From the NCBI GenBank assembly GCA_963736005.1, contig CAVTNB010000001.1, positions 96,001-160,000 on the forward strand: a DNA stretch of 64,000 nucleotides. Direction: 5' to 3'. A model generated the notes under the pieces. The model worked only from the letters and a program-made list of their open reading frames with translations. It was not told where the DNA came from and did not search any database. The position numbers were made by a program, and so were the translations under genes. Below, in pieces: positions 39,412-49,141 of this stretch. Position 1 is the first letter of the stretch; each line of letters starts with the position of its first letter. This stretch comes from an uncultured Pseudomonadota bacterium. Lineage in GTDB: Bacteria; Vulcanimicrobiota; Vulcanimicrobiia; Eremiobacterales; Eremiobacteraceae.

Positions 39412-42192
39412 ATGCCACCCGAGAGTGAGGCGGAGCTCAAAGGCCTCGTCACTTTACCTACGGGTACGGTGACGTTTCTATTTTCCGACATCGAAGGCTC
39501 GACGCAGCGTTGGGAGCAGCACCGCGAGGCGATGAGGGATGCCGTTCGCCAACACGAGGAGATCATACAGTCGGCGATCGCGGCGCATGATGGCTATGTC
39601 TTCAAGACGATCGGCGACGCGTTTTGCGCAACCTTCCGCACTGCACCTGATGCGATCGCGGCCGCGCTCGACGCCCAGCGCGCACTCGTCAGCGCAGATT
39701 TCAGCAAGGTCGACGGCCTCAAGGTCCGCATGGCCGTGCACACAGGACTGTCCTACGAGCGCAGCGGCGACTACTTCGGTCCCACGGTCAACCGGGTATC
39801 ACGCTTGCTCTCGATCGGATACGGTGGCCAGGTGCTCGTTTCGGGAACCTCGACGGATCTCTCACAAGGTGACATGCCGCCCAAGTCGAGCTTGCGCGAT
39901 CTTGGCGCGCACCGGCTGCGCGATCTCATCCAACCGGAACAGGTCTATCAGCTCGTCTCGCCGGATCTGCCCAGCGAATTTCCGCCGTTACGATCGCTCG
40001 AGGCGCTCCCCAACAACTTGCCGCTACAACTCAGCGAGCTCGTCGGCCGCGAGGCGGACGTCAACGAAGTCGAAAAGCGCCTCGCTAAAACGCGCATTAT
40101 GACGCTCGTCGGCACCGGCGGCGTCGGAAAGACGCGGCTCGCGCTTCAAGTCGGAGCGAACCTGCTCGACAGCTACCCTGACGGGGTATGGTTCACCGAG
40201 CTAGCACCGCTGACCGATCCGAGCTTCGTCGTCGGCGCGATCGCGGCGGTGCTCGACGTCCAAGGGTCCGAAGATAAGCCGCTCATCGAAGTGCTGGTAC
40301 GATCGCTGCGCCACAGGCAGGCGCTCATTATCCTCGACAACTGCGAGCATCTGGTGAGCGGTGCAGCCGATGCGGCGGATCGTCTACTCCATGGGTGCCC
40401 GGGTGTGCGCATCCTGGCGACGAGCCGTGTGGGTCTGAACATCGAGGGTGAGACGGTCGTCCGCGTCGCGTCGCTGGGCGTGCCCAAACGCAACGACGAG
40501 CTCACGGTTCAAGACGCAAAGCTCTTCGGGGCGATTGCGTTATTCGAGGAGCGTGCTTCTGCGGCACTCGAGAATTTCAGTCTCGATGAACGCAACACTG
40601 CAACCGTCGCTCAGATCTGCCGTCGCTTGGACGGTATTCCGCTTGCGATCGAGCTGGCCGCAGCCCGCGTCAAGGTCCTGAGCGTGCAACAGCTCGCCGC
40701 ACGATTGGACGAGCGCTTCCGGATTCTCACCGGCGGCCGGCGCAACGTTTTGCCGAGGCAGCAGACGATGCGCGCGCTCATCGACTGGAGCTATGACCTG
40801 CTCACGGAAAACGAAAAGGCGATGTTCCGAAGGGTCGCCGTCTTCGCAGGCGGGTGGACGCTCGATGCTGCCAGTGACGTCTGCGCCGATGAGCAGATCG
40901 AGCGGTGGGGTCTGCTCGATCTCTTATCCGCGCTTGTCGACAAGTCGATGGTCGTCGCGGAGCTCAGCGGAGCAGAGCAGCGATACCGCCTTTTGGAATC
41001 GACGCGACAGTATGCTTGGGAAAAACTGGTTGAAAGCGGCGAGCGAGACCGCGTCGGTGCCCGCCACGCGAGGTTCTTCGAGGCTTTCGGTCAGCAGCAC
41101 TATGCCGAGCACGCCACCATGTCCATCCGGGCTTGGACCGCCCTTATGGAGCCCGAGCTCGACAACTTTCGGGCGGCCCTGAACTGGACGCTCGCCGAAA
41201 AGCACGATATTGTGCTCGGGGCAAGCCTGGCTGCGGTCTCAGCCCCGGTGTTCTCGCGCCTCAATCTCAGAATCGAGGGTTCGCGCTGGCTGGATTTGGC
41301 ACGGCAAGCGTCGGACGGCGTCTCCACGCTGACCCAAGCGCGGCTTGCACGCTGGGCAGCGCTGTTCTCTCAATTGCAAGGCGGCGGTTTTGAAGAACGC
41401 CAATCCAAGTTCAAACTCGCGATCGAGCTGTTGCGCTCGACAGAAGATAGGCGCGAGCTCAGCATCGTCCTGATGAATTTGGCTTGGGACCTCGCCGTCG
41501 TCGATCGCCTCGACGAGGCGAGGCCCCTCAACGAGGAAGCACTGCACATCGCCCACGAGCTTAACGAAGCGCCGCAAATCGCGCGGTGCTTGTCTCAGGC
41601 GGCCTACCTTGCGACTGATCCCATGGCGCAAGATCGCCTGTTTGAGGACAGCCTTGCGATGTATCGGTCGCTGGGGGATGAAGACCGAGTCGCCGTCACA
41701 CTGGTATGGCGCGCGGAAGCCGCGTTCGTTCGCGGAGCATACGACCAGTGCATCAAGTATGGTACCGAGTCGTTGGAGATCAGCGAACGCACAAAAAACA
41801 AGGCACAGATCTGCATCGATCTGTCCAATTTAGCCAACTACTATCTTGCGACCGGAGAGCTATCGTCCGCGCTCGAGTTCGCGCGAAAAGCGTTGCGGTC
41901 GGCGCGTGAGAATGAAGTAACGTCTGGTACGCTAATGACGATCATTTGCATCGGCAACCTCGCGTGTTGGTGTGCATCCGGCGGTGAGGTCGAACACGGA
42001 GCCCGGCTGTTTGGGTTTGCCGCAGCCGCGCTTGATGCTCTTCGCGAGCGGCGACAGTCGACAGAGCGCATCAACCATGAGCGCGCGCAAGAACGCCTAC
42101 AAAAAGTACTCGGGTCGCGCTTTGAGGAGTTGACGACCGCGGGGGCATCGATGAGCGAAGAACGCGCGATCGAAGAGGCCATGCGTGTCTGA
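39412..42192 (+). CDS. Class III adenylate/guanylate cyclase - STAND ATPase - TPR protein
   Basis: LFSDIEGST, FKTIGDAFC, GPTVNRVSRL; GTGGVGKTRLAL, LDNCEH, LDGIPLAIELAAAR; helical C-terminal repeats. Confidence 0.93.
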   Translation: MPPESEAELKGLVTLPTGTVTFLFSDIEGSTQRWEQHREAMRDAVRQHEEIIQSAIAAHDGYVFKTIGDAFCATFRTAPDAIAAALDAQRALVSADFSKVDGLKVRMAVHTGLSYERSGDYFGPTVNRVSRLLSIGYGGQVLVSGTSTDLSQGDMPPKSSLRDLGAHRLRDLIQPEQVYQLVSPDLPSEFPPLRSLEALPNNLPLQLSELVGREADVNEVEKRLAKTRIMTLVGTGGVGKTRLALQVGANLLDSYPDGVWFTELAPLTDPSFVVGAIAAVLDVQGSEDKPLIEVLVRSLRHRQALIILDNCEHLVSGAADAADRLLHGCPGVRILATSRVGLNIEGETVVRVASLGVPKRNDELTVQDAKLFGAIALFEERASAALENFSLDERNTATVAQICRRLDGIPLAIELAAARVKVLSVQQLAARLDERFRILTGGRRNVLPRQQTMRALIDWSYDLLTENEKAMFRRVAVFAGGWTLDAASDVCADEQIERWGLLDLLSALVDKSMVVAELSGAEQRYRLLESTRQYAWEKLVESGERDRVGARHARFFEAFGQQHYAEHATMSIRAWTALMEPELDNFRAALNWTLAEKHDIVLGASLAAVSAPVFSRLNLRIEGSRWLDLARQASDGVSTLTQARLARWAALFSQLQGGGFEERQSKFKLAIELLRSTEDRRELSIVLMNLAWDLAVVDRLDEARPLNEEALHIAHELNEAPQIARCLSQAAYLATDPMAQDRLFEDSLAMYRSLGDEDRVAVTLVWRAEAAFVRGAYDQCIKYGTESLEISERTKNKAQICIDLSNLANYYLATGELSSALEFARKALRSARENEVTSGTLMTIICIGNLACWCASGGEVEHGARLFGFAAAALDALRERRQSTERINHERAQERLQKVLGSRFEELTTAGASMSEERAIEEAMRV

Positions 42193-42329
42193 AGCCATCG
42201 CCGAACGCAAGCAGCGGTCCAGCGACACGAAGAGATCATGCGCACCGTGAAATGCGGAGCTCGAAAGCTTGCAGCCGAAGGCGCGGCGTGGTCGGAAGAT
42301 CCGGGCAGGGTTAGGTTTTCACCCTATTG

Positions 42330-42508
42330 GGCGCAGGCAACCCTGCTGCAGTCCTTTGCGTGCCGGCGTGATCACAACGCTAGCTGCCATCCTGGGTCAT
42401 GATATGACCATGCTCATGCGCGTGTACGGTCATCAGATCCCTTTCGCTGAGGACACGGCCGCGAAAGCCCTTCAACAGGCGCTAGCAGGCGCGCCAAACG
42501 GCGGGTAA
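42330..42508 (+). pseudogene. Tyrosine recombinase/integrase C-terminal remnant
   Basis: LRAGV..LAAILGHD..MLMRVYGH matches the LGH..Y-x-H catalytic box; the rest of the gene is absent. Confidence 0.7.
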
Positions 42509-42579
42509 GAAAATGGCTTTTCGAGCCCTTTTAGAGATCGTTCGTGAAGCCTTACAGAATAAGACTTCGACAAACTTAG

Positions 42580-42650
<71 letters not shown>

Positions 42651-42660
42651 TTTTCTTTCC

Positions 42661-43395
42661 CTACGAGCCGGTCGTGCGATAGTGATAGTTGATCGTCGTC
42701 GTCTGGCCGCCTGAAATCATCGGTTGGTCCTTCAAGAGGAAGCCCTGTTTGCGACTGGCCGCAAGCTGGAGTGGTAGACTCAACTTTGTTGGAACGTTGA
42801 GCGCGAGGCTGACGCTTGACGTCGGACAGTCCGGTGGCAGCGTCACAGCGACGACGACAGCATTCCCGTGGAGCTCGCTAAACGCGAAGCGGTTGAAGAG
42901 ATGCTCGGGCTTGGAGTGACAAAGCAGATTCGCGCGCGTCACCAGAGAATCAAGTTCATGCACGGGGAAATAGTCGGTCAGCAACGCGGGAGTGCCCGGA
43001 TGGCGAAGGTCGATGGCCACGGTCTTGCGGCCGGTTCCTGTGGCTCCACTTGCGCATTTCATGGTATCGGTATCCATGATGGAGACGATCGATCCAACGA
43101 CGGATTGAAGCTGCGTCACTCGCACAAAGTCGCAATCCGAGGTCTGCTTGCGCGTGATGCTGTGGAAGTCAAAAATTGTCAATCCCAGCTCGGAGAGCGC
43201 TTGCCGCGATGGCCCCAGCACGGGCGACGCGGAAATATCACCAGCTGTCCAGCGAATCGAGAATCCGCCGCTCGTACCCGCCCATATCAGCTTTGGCGGA
43301 CCGGCAGGCGGTGATGCCGGCGGCGGCGCGATTGCCATTTTGCCACACGCCGCTACAACCGAGGAAGCCAATATCAAGATCACAAGTCGCTTCAT
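42661..43395 (-). CDS. Hypothetical lipoprotein
   Basis: MKRLVILILASSVVAAC lipobox and Pro-rich linker. Confidence 0.7.
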   Translation of the reverse strand: MKRLVILILASSVVAACGKMAIAPPPASPPAGPPKLIWAGTSGGFSIRWTAGDISASPVLGPSRQALSELGLTIFDFHSITRKQTSDCDFVRVTQLQSVVGSIVSIMDTDTMKCASGATGTGRKTVAIDLRHPGTPALLTDYFPVHELDSLVTRANLLCHSKPEHLFNRFAFSELHGNAVVVAVTLPPDCPTSSVSLALNVPTKLSLPLQLAASRKQGFLLKDQPMISGGQTTTINYHYRTTGS

Positions 43396-43467
43396 ACGTG
43401 CGCTCCTTTGCGTGGCGGTTCCAACGTCGGCGCGCGCAGGACCTGCAAGAGGGGTGGACAGCGCACG

Positions 43468-43486
43468 TGCTATAATCGCCAAGATG
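43468..43486 (+). promoter_or_regulatory. Extended -10 promoter (TGcTATAAT) 7 nt before the recG ATG; likely leaderless transcript
   Basis: Perfect TATAAT at 43471-43476 with TG extension; no SD before the ATG at 43484. Confidence 0.55.
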
Positions 43487-45649
43487 GCAACGAGGGTTAC
43501 CCCGCACGCTCCCGCATCAGACGAGGAATCGCCTGTTCTCGCCAAGCGCGCCGCGGCAGTTTTCGGATTATCGAACCGCACAGGGGCTGCGCTCGAGAGA
43601 CTTGGCATCGTCTCGGTGCGAGATCTCATTCGACATTTCCCGTACCGCTACGACGATCTACGCGATCCGACGCCGATTGCACAAATCCAAAGCGCTCGCA
43701 CAAACCCGGCGGCTCATGGCGGCACGGGCGAGATCAATGCGTTAGGCACGGTGCTCCACTGTTCGCACGTGCGCCTGCGCGGGCGCATCAGAGCCAAGAC
43801 AACGGCCACCATCGACGACGGAACGGGTAGTCTTCAAGCCGTGTGGTTTGGGAGACCTTATCTTGCCGGACAGCTCAAAGTCGGCAGCCGCGTTTTCGTT
43901 CGCGGGCGGGTCGACTACACGCTCACCGGGGCGAGCATCAACGTGAGCCGTCATCGCGTCTTGAAAGCTGACGAATCGTATCGCGGCGAGCTCGTCCCTG
44001 TGTACGCTCAGACGGCGGGTTTGACGAGCTACGAACTGCGCCGCCTGATCCACGGGGCGCTCCGCCTCGTCTCTGCCGATCCTTCCGCTAAGCTGGAGCT
44101 CGATCCGTTGCCAAAGCTCGTCAACAAGCAGGAACGCTTTGGCGATGCCTGGCGCGCGATCGCGGCCATTCACGACCCAGCGACTCCAGAAGCGGCGCAA
44201 GAAGCTCGGCGCCGACTGGTGTTCGAAGAGTTCTTTCTGCTGGCGCTGCGCGCCGCTCGGCGTCGCGCGACGCGGCAACATGAAGCCGGACCAGACTTTG
44301 GGAGCGTGGCTAGCAAGACGGCGCAACGCGAATTTCGCAACAGCCTGCGCAAGGCAATTCCTTTCGAGCTCACGCACGCGCAGGTTCGGGTCATCGACGA
44401 GATCGCCGCCGACATGACAAAAAACACGCCGATGAACCGACTGCTTCAAGGTGACGTGGGTTCCGGCAAGACGGCGGTCGCTCTGGCTGCCATGATTCTG
44501 TGCGCCCAGGCGGGGTATCAAGCGGCGTTCATGGCGCCCACCGAAGTCTTGGCAGCTCAACAGTTTAACAAGATCAATGGCTGGCTGTCCCAAGTGGGTT
44601 GCAAGAGCGCGTTGATCATCGGAGCGCTCAAACGCCGCACGCGCGACGACATCCTCGAGCAACTGCGCGCAGGTGAGCTGGGTGCCGTCGTGGGCACGCA
44701 TGCACTGTTGACGGAAGACGTTGATTTCGCCAAACTCGGTCTCGCGATCATCGACGAGCAGCATCGCTTTGGCGTTTTGCAGCGGGCGGCGCTGCGCAGC
44801 AAAGCCGGAGATGTTGCGCCGCACACGCTCGTGATGACCGCGACGCCCATTCCGCGCACGCTCGCGCAAACGGTGTATGCGGATCTCGACGTCTCGACGA
44901 TCGATGAGATGCCGCCCGGGCGGCGACCGATTAAAACCTTCGTTCGCGGTGAGGAGGCAAAAGAAAAAGTCTTCGCGTTTGTGCGAAGCGAGGTGGAAAA
45001 GGGTCATCAAGCCTTTGTCGTCTGTCCGGCAATTGATGAGTCCGAGCGAGCGCTCCACTCGGCGCAGCAGCAAGCGGAAGAGCTCCGCAAGACTGCCTTC
45101 GCAGGCATACAGGTCACCCTGCTCCACGGTCGCATGTCCGTCGCGCAAAAAGACGAAATCATGAAGCTTTTTGCTGACGGTTTTATCAAAGTCTTGATTT
45201 CGACGACGGTGATTGAAGTTGGCGTGGACATCCCAAATGCGACGGTGATGCTCGTCTTGGATGCGCAAACCTTCGGCCTTGCGCAATTGCATCAATTGCG
45301 CGGCCGCGTTGGTAGGGGTGCCGCGCAATCCTTTTGCATTCTCGTCGCTCCGAATGCCGCCGACGCTGCTCGCTTGCACGTGCTGGCGAAGACCAACGAT
45401 GGCTTCGTCATCGCCGAGGAGGACATGAAAATACGCGGTAGCGGCGACTTGGCTGGGACCCGGCAACATGGCGGCAACGAGCTGCGTCTCGCACACCTTC
45501 TTCGAGATTATCCGGTCTTCGTGCGTGCAAAAAAGGCAGCGGAGGCGCTGGTGGCTGCCGATCCGGACCTCGTGCGCCCCGAGAACCGATCGCTCGCTGC
45601 GCACCTCGCGGCGCAGGACCGCGAGATTCTGCTGCGAGAGAGTTCCTAG
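43484..45649 (+). CDS. recG: ATP-dependent DNA helicase RecG
   Basis: MNRLLQGDVGSGKT, DEQHRFGV, MTATPIPRTL, QLHQLRGRVGRG. Confidence 0.96.
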   Translation: MATRVTPHAPASDEESPVLAKRAAAVFGLSNRTGAALERLGIVSVRDLIRHFPYRYDDLRDPTPIAQIQSARTNPAAHGGTGEINALGTVLHCSHVRLRGRIRAKTTATIDDGTGSLQAVWFGRPYLAGQLKVGSRVFVRGRVDYTLTGASINVSRHRVLKADESYRGELVPVYAQTAGLTSYELRRLIHGALRLVSADPSAKLELDPLPKLVNKQERFGDAWRAIAAIHDPATPEAAQEARRRLVFEEFFLLALRAARRRATRQHEAGPDFGSVASKTAQREFRNSLRKAIPFELTHAQVRVIDEIAADMTKNTPMNRLLQGDVGSGKTAVALAAMILCAQAGYQAAFMAPTEVLAAQQFNKINGWLSQVGCKSALIIGALKRRTRDDILEQLRAGELGAVVGTHALLTEDVDFAKLGLAIIDEQHRFGVLQRAALRSKAGDVAPHTLVMTATPIPRTLAQTVYADLDVSTIDEMPPGRRPIKTFVRGEEAKEKVFAFVRSEVEKGHQAFVVCPAIDESERALHSAQQQAEELRKTAFAGIQVTLLHGRMSVAQKDEIMKLFADGFIKVLISTTVIEVGVDIPNATVMLVLDAQTFGLAQLHQLRGRVGRGAAQSFCILVAPNAADAARLHVLAKTNDGFVIAEEDMKIRGSGDLAGTRQHGGNELRLAHLLRDYPVFVRAKKAAEALVAADPDLVRPENRSLAAHLAAQDREILLRESS

Positions 45650-45696
45650 CGCGCGTTGCAGAGGGCGAGCGCTGCGCGGTCGTGTAACTAGGCTGC

Positions 45697-46332
45697 ATGC
45701 GATTGTCCGGGGGCGAACGCTCGGGCCAGCGAGTTGCTGCTCCGAAAGGAAAGAAGACCCGCCCCACGCCTGCGCGGGTGCGCGAAGCTCTGTTCGCCGT
45801 CTTGGGAAAGCGCGTCGAGGAAGCTCGCGTGCTCGACCTGTTTGCCGGATCGGGCGCTCTTGGGTTTGAGGCGATGTCACGTGGCGCTGGTTCGGTTGTT
45901 TTTGTCGACAACGACGCTGCCGCGGTCATGTCCATCCGCCGCAATGCCGTCCGCTTGTTAAACGATCCCAATCGCTGGCGCGTCGTGCCGATGAGCGCGG
46001 CTCGCGCGTTGCGAATGTTGCGCGGCACTTTTGACGTGGTGCTCGTGGATCCGCCTTACCAACGCGGCGCCACCGAAGAACTCGCGCTGATCGTGCAACG
46101 CGGTTTGCTTGCGCAAGGTGGGGTGGTCGTCTGGGAGCATCCCTCGGGAGCCGCCAACCAACTACCCGCGTCGATGCGCATCATTAAAGAAGCCAAGTAT
46201 GGCGACACGTCGTTAACGTTTGCCACCACGCGCAGCGACGGTCGTCTGCAGCCCGAGGGGCGCGAGGAGGATGACGTGGCCGCTGTGTCATCGGCTCGCA
46301 ACTCGTCGCGCGCCCGGTCTGCGCGAAAATGA
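45697..46332 (+). CDS. rsmD: 16S rRNA m2G966 methyltransferase
   Basis: TRPT..VREALF, LDLFAGSGALGFEAMSRGA, DPPY; recG-rsmD-coaD synteny. Confidence 0.92.
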   Translation: MRLSGGERSGQRVAAPKGKKTRPTPARVREALFAVLGKRVEEARVLDLFAGSGALGFEAMSRGAGSVVFVDNDAAAVMSIRRNAVRLLNDPNRWRVVPMSAARALRMLRGTFDVVLVDPPYQRGATEELALIVQRGLLAQGGVVVWEHPSGAANQLPASMRIIKEAKYGDTSLTFATTRSDGRLQPEGREEDDVAAVSSARNSSRARSARK

Positions 46333-46865
46333 TCCCGCGCGCCGTGTACCCCGGAAGTTTCGACCCGGTGACCAACGGCCATCTCGATATCATCCGTCGT
46401 GTCGCTGCGCACTATCCAAGACTGATCGTCGCCGTGGTCGCCAATCCCAATAAGAAGCCCCTCTTGACGCTGCAGCAGCGAGTCGATTTACTTCGAGATG
46501 TCTGTTCCGGTTTGCGAGGCATTGAGGTCGACTGCTTTGATGGACTGCTCGTCGACTACGTACGCGCCAGGGGTGCATCGCTGATTATCAAAGGACTTCG
46601 CATCGTTTCCGACTTCGAATACGAGTTTTCCATGGCGGTCCTCAATCGACATCTGCCCGGCGGCGTTGACACGATGTTTTTGCCGGCGAGTCTTGAATAT
46701 GCGCATATCTCATCTTCATCGGTGCGGGAAGTCTTTTCGCTGGGCGGCGACATTTCGGAATTCGTACCGCCCGCCGTCCTGCGCACAATGAAGCGGCTGC
46801 AACCCAGCCGCGCAAGTTCTTCGAAGAAGTCAGTCAAGAAATCCGTGGGAGGAAAGACCGTATGA
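46329..46865 (+). CDS. coaD: Pantetheine-phosphate adenylyltransferase
   Basis: YPGSFDPVTNGHLDII, KGLR..DFEYE, ISSS. Confidence 0.96.
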   Translation: MIPRAVYPGSFDPVTNGHLDIIRRVAAHYPRLIVAVVANPNKKPLLTLQQRVDLLRDVCSGLRGIEVDCFDGLLVDYVRARGASLIIKGLRIVSDFEYEFSMAVLNRHLPGGVDTMFLPASLEYAHISSSSVREVFSLGGDISEFVPPAVLRTMKRLQPSRASSSKKSVKKSVGGKTV

Positions 46866-47332
46866 GCGCTTACCGCGTTATCGACAAGCTGGAGTCCCTC
46901 GTCAGAGAGGGTGTGTGGATGCCTTTCGGCTGGCGCGCAGTCAACTCAGATCGCGCCCTCGACCTCATTGAAAAGCTGCGCACGACGCTGCCCGACGAGG
47001 CGTATCGAGCCAAGCGCAGCGAGGGTAGCGAGCGCGCCGCCGAGATCCGGGAAGGGGGGAGCTTAAACCCGCCCGACGAGTCGAAGGTGAGGGCCACGGA
47101 GAGCGACCTGATCGCCAAGGCGCAGGCCAGGGCGGACGGCATCGTCGAGCAGGCCCAAGCTGCGGCACGTGACATACGCAAGGGTGCCGACGAGTATGCA
47201 GACCAAGTGCTTGCGTCGCTCGACACGAGCCTGACCAAAGCGCACGCGGCAGTGCAGAAAGGCCGCCAAGCACTTGCGGTGCCGCTCGCGCAGAGCAACG
47301 GGAAAAAGCCGCGAGAAATGAGCGCAACATAG
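46862..47332 (+). CDS. Conserved coiled-coil protein downstream of coaD
   Basis: ATGA coupling; GADEYADQVL motif typical of genes at this position. Confidence 0.75.
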   Translation: MSAYRVIDKLESLVREGVWMPFGWRAVNSDRALDLIEKLRTTLPDEAYRAKRSEGSERAAEIREGGSLNPPDESKVRATESDLIAKAQARADGIVEQAQAAARDIRKGADEYADQVLASLDTSLTKAHAAVQKGRQALAVPLAQSNGKKPREMSAT

Positions 47333-48339
47333 TCGACCCTTCCTTTTGGACAGCGCAGCGGCGCCGCACGGTCGCCCGGGCCGCGCGCGTGTTGCTCGTG
47401 CTAGCGCTTATCGCGGGAGCGTTCTTCCTTATTCCGATCCCCTACATAATTTTTGGCCCCGGCGCGGCGGTCGACCTCAGCCGCGCCATCACGGTACCGG
47501 GTCACGTGCCTCCGCCCGGGCGTTTTTATCTGACCGACGTCAACCTTATGCCCGGCCGGCCGTTCTTTTACTTGATCGCGCGCGTGCTGCCGGGTTTCGA
47601 AATCATTCACCGCCAGGAGCTCGTGCCGCCAAATGTCAGCGACCGCCAGCTCAACTTGGCACTGATCGACGCGATGACGGAAAGTCAAACCAACGCGCAG
47701 ATCGTCGCCGAACGTGCCGCCGGCCTCACGGTGAAAGCGCGCTCGAACTTTGTCGTGACCCAGCTTGTGGCTGGTGCCCCTGGAGCGCGTTGCTTTCGCC
47801 TTGGCGACAAGATCTCAAGCGTCGACGGCCGCACCCTGAAAGACGCAGCGACGCTCCCCGACGCGACGGCGTCGAAGCCGTCCGGCACGATGTTTTCCCT
47901 TTCCTTGCACCGGGGGGGTGCGACAATGACGGTGAAATGCACGACCTTTCGCCTTCGCGGGAAGCCCCGTTTTGGCATCACTGGAAGTTTTCAAACGGAG
48001 GCATACTCGCTGCCGGTGCATGTTGCGTTTCACGTACCCAATATCAACGGATCGAGCGCCGGGCTGATGTTTGCTCTGCAGATCTATCGAACGCTGACGA
48101 ACAAAGATATTTCCTCGAGTGAGGATGTTGCCGGTACCGGCGTGCTGGCGGCCGATGGATCTGTGAGCGCAATCGAAGGGGCTCGGGAAAAAGTGCGGGC
48201 CGCGACACGCGCCCGGGCACGTATCTTCCTGGTGCCCGTGACAGATTATCCCGCGATCAAGGACACGCCCAACATCCACGTGATTCCGGTTTCAAGCTTC
48301 CAAGCTGCCCTGGACGCACTCCAAAAAACCCAGCTGTGA
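47329..48339 (+). CDS. PDZ/Lon-protease-domain membrane protein (YlbL-like); start ATA 47329 or GTG 47389
   Basis: N-terminal TM, GSSAGLMFAL, AGTG..DGSV..I.G..EKV. Confidence 0.88.
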   Translation: MVDPSFWTAQRRRTVARAARVLLVLALIAGAFFLIPIPYIIFGPGAAVDLSRAITVPGHVPPPGRFYLTDVNLMPGRPFFYLIARVLPGFEIIHRQELVPPNVSDRQLNLALIDAMTESQTNAQIVAERAAGLTVKARSNFVVTQLVAGAPGARCFRLGDKISSVDGRTLKDAATLPDATASKPSGTMFSLSLHRGGATMTVKCTTFRLRGKPRFGITGSFQTEAYSLPVHVAFHVPNINGSSAGLMFALQIYRTLTNKDISSSEDVAGTGVLAADGSVSAIEGAREKVRAATRARARIFLVPVTDYPAIKDTPNIHVIPVSSFQAALDALQKTQL

Positions 48340-48346
48340 TGGTTCC

Positions 48347-48853
48347 ATGAAGATTTCTGTCGATCCACTCTTTCATTCCGATGTGCAAACGATCGAGGTC
48401 GAGCAGCTCGTTCGGCTCAGCGGCGAGTTGGGATTGCGATATCCAGACGGGGCGCACATGACTGCGACGATCAGTCACATTAGTCACGGCGTGCACATGC
48501 AAGGAACGCTCGGCGGTGTCGAACGCGAGGTGTGCGCGCGCTGTCTCGAGCCGTTCGCCCGGCCAACCAATATTGAAATCTCGGAGACGTTCAGCGAAGA
48601 CGTTGGAAAAGACGAAGACTTCTACTCGGAAGTATCGCCGCTTGTGGATCGTTCAATCGACCTGACGGATCTCGTCTCCCAGCTGTTGGAAGTCGACGAA
48701 CCAATAGCGCCGGTGTGTTCCGATTGGTGCCGCGGCATGTGCGGAAGCTGTGGCACAAATCTCAACCTTGGTCCGTGCACGTGCGCGCAAAACAATGACG
48801 ACCCGCGGTTGGCAGGCCTGGCCCGTTTGCGGGACGAATTGGAGAAAATGTAG
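48347..48853 (+). CDS. yceD: DUF177/YceD family protein
   Basis: CARCL and CSDWCRGMCGSCG..DPRLA; upstream of rpmF. Confidence 0.9.
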   Translation: MKISVDPLFHSDVQTIEVEQLVRLSGELGLRYPDGAHMTATISHISHGVHMQGTLGGVEREVCARCLEPFARPTNIEISETFSEDVGKDEDFYSEVSPLVDRSIDLTDLVSQLLEVDEPIAPVCSDWCRGMCGSCGTNLNLGPCTCAQNNDDPRLAGLARLRDELEKM

Positions 48854-48909
48854 CGGCGCGAGTTCATTCGCGCCAATGCCAAATGCAGCGGCGGACCTTT
48901 AGATCCGCC
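48850..48909 (+). repeat. REP-like doublet (variant hairpin + class A); GTAG foot overlaps the yceD stop
   Basis: GTAGCGGCGCGAgttcaTTCGCGCC and GCAGCGGCGGACCTTTAGATCCGCC. Confidence 0.75.
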
Positions 48910-48931
48910 TGGCGTTCGCGCGAAGGAACCT

Positions 48932-49138
48932 ATGGCAAACCCAAAACAAAGGCGCAGCAAATCAAATATTCGGACGCGCCGTCGCACGTGGAAACTGCGC
49001 AGGGTCACGCTCTCGACCTGTCCGCAGTGCAAGCAGCCCCGGCGTCCACACTACGCGTGCACGCACTGCGGCTATTACAACGGCCGTCTGGCTGTGAAAC
49101 AAAAGGACGAGTCGACGACAAGTCGAGCGAAAGGTTAG
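48932..49138 (+). CDS. rpmF: 50S ribosomal protein L32
   Basis: MANPK..CPQC..PHYACTHCGYYNG. Confidence 0.95.
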   Translation: MANPKQRRSKSNIRTRRRTWKLRRVTLSTCPQCKQPRRPHYACTHCGYYNGRLAVKQKDESTTSRAKG

Positions 49139-49141
49139 CGT

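Noticed and set aside
43742..45880. 712-aa minus-strand ORF, and similar long antisense ORFs such as 32721-33923, 11878-12990 and 28742-29710
   Set aside because: Shadows of well-supported genes on the opposite strand, expected in high-GC DNA, with no recognisable motifs.
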